Assembly: GCA_016618085.1 (NCBI GenBank)
Contig: JABLTG010000113.1
Coordinates: 1-64,000, forward strand
From: Neovahlkampfia damariscottae
Lineage: Eukaryota
Direction of reading: 5' to 3'
Length of the DNA stretch: 64,000 nt
Made by a program: the position numbers and the translations under genes. The notes below the pieces were generated by a model, which worked only from the letters and a program-made list of their open reading frames with translations, did no database searches and had not been told where the DNA came from. Below are positions 63,438 to 64,000 of this stretch, in pieces; position 1 is the stretch's first letter, and the number at the start of each line of letters is the position of its first letter.

Positions 63438-64000
63438 TTATTTCAATTTTTTCTTTATCTCTCCTATATCAACATAATATATTGTATTTTCCACCAGAGC
63501 ACCTCTCGGATAGTACAATTGAGATCCAGCAAATGGACTTTCAATGTCAGATAATTTCTTCCATGTCATTGTTTTCAAATTTAAATAGAAAAAACTTGAT
63601 GTTGGAACCCCAACTTGAATATTTCCCCCTAAAGTATACAGGAAATTCTCATCGAACATAAATTGGAATGCAGATGTGACATCTGGAATTTGACCAAGAG
63701 TTGAAATAGAATTCCAGGAATTATCCAAAATATTGAATTCCCATAAATCTGTTACGAAATTGTCTTTGATCTCATTAAATTTTGCTTTTGAACCCATTCC
63801 GTTGAATATAATCATTGAATCTCCTTTCAAAAGGCATCCATGATGATAACGTCCAGGAGGTGAATCATTGAATGAAATTTTTATCTGTTTCCAAACCAAA
63901 GTTTCTTGAAGATCAATTTAATGTAAAATATTACCTAAATTTAATTCTATTATATCCAAGCATCTTGTAGAATTTTCATCATATCCACCATAAACATACA
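63438..64000 (-). CDS. Kelch-repeat protein, 5' end outside the window
   Basis: PPGRYHH, DLWEFNI...W, LYTLGG, LNLKTMTW. Confidence 0.8.

Noticed and set aside
1..64000. CRISPR arrays, transposases, rRNA, tRNA, U12-type (AT-AC) introns
   Set aside because: None seen by eye; all modelled introns fit GT-AG and there is no repeat-spacer periodicity.

Overview
AT-rich, very gene-dense eukaryotic (protist-like) nuclear DNA using the standard genetic code. I count about 38 intact protein-coding genes, most split by tiny GT-AG introns (~23-43 nt) and some containing 8-18-nt micro-exons, so many ORFs in the supplied track are exons of single genes. Intergenic spacers are often under 100 bp. Recognisable genes: FANCJ-like helicase, OAT, RPLP1, LTV1, an MT-A70 methyltransferase with ZZ fingers, RhoGAP, F-box RasGEF, an SLC38-type transporter, SRP receptor alpha, PKA-C, histidine ammonia-lyase, an OTU protein, myotubularin, a PMCA-type pump, Mpo1, PARN, an LRR tandem array, an AmpC-type serine hydrolase, ethanolamine/choline kinase, a PARP6/8/16-like ART and a kelch protein. 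Most interesting signals: (1) an orientation-independent CCAAT box 0-85 nt from nearly every start codon; (2) a three-member family of permuted papain-like (His...Cys) domains, two C2-linked and intact, one SAM-linked and catalytically dead; (3) a DPPW MT-A70-ZZ candidate DNA 6mA writer; (4) an unannotated box H/ACA-like RNA; (5) a PMCA with Asp->Asn at the M6 ion site; (6) a PARN ending in CaaX; (7) a possible intronised frameshift; (8) decaying pseudogenes in the larger spacers. A heterolobosean/amoeboid origin is only a guess from gene content and style. All gene models were spliced by eye and no database searches were run.
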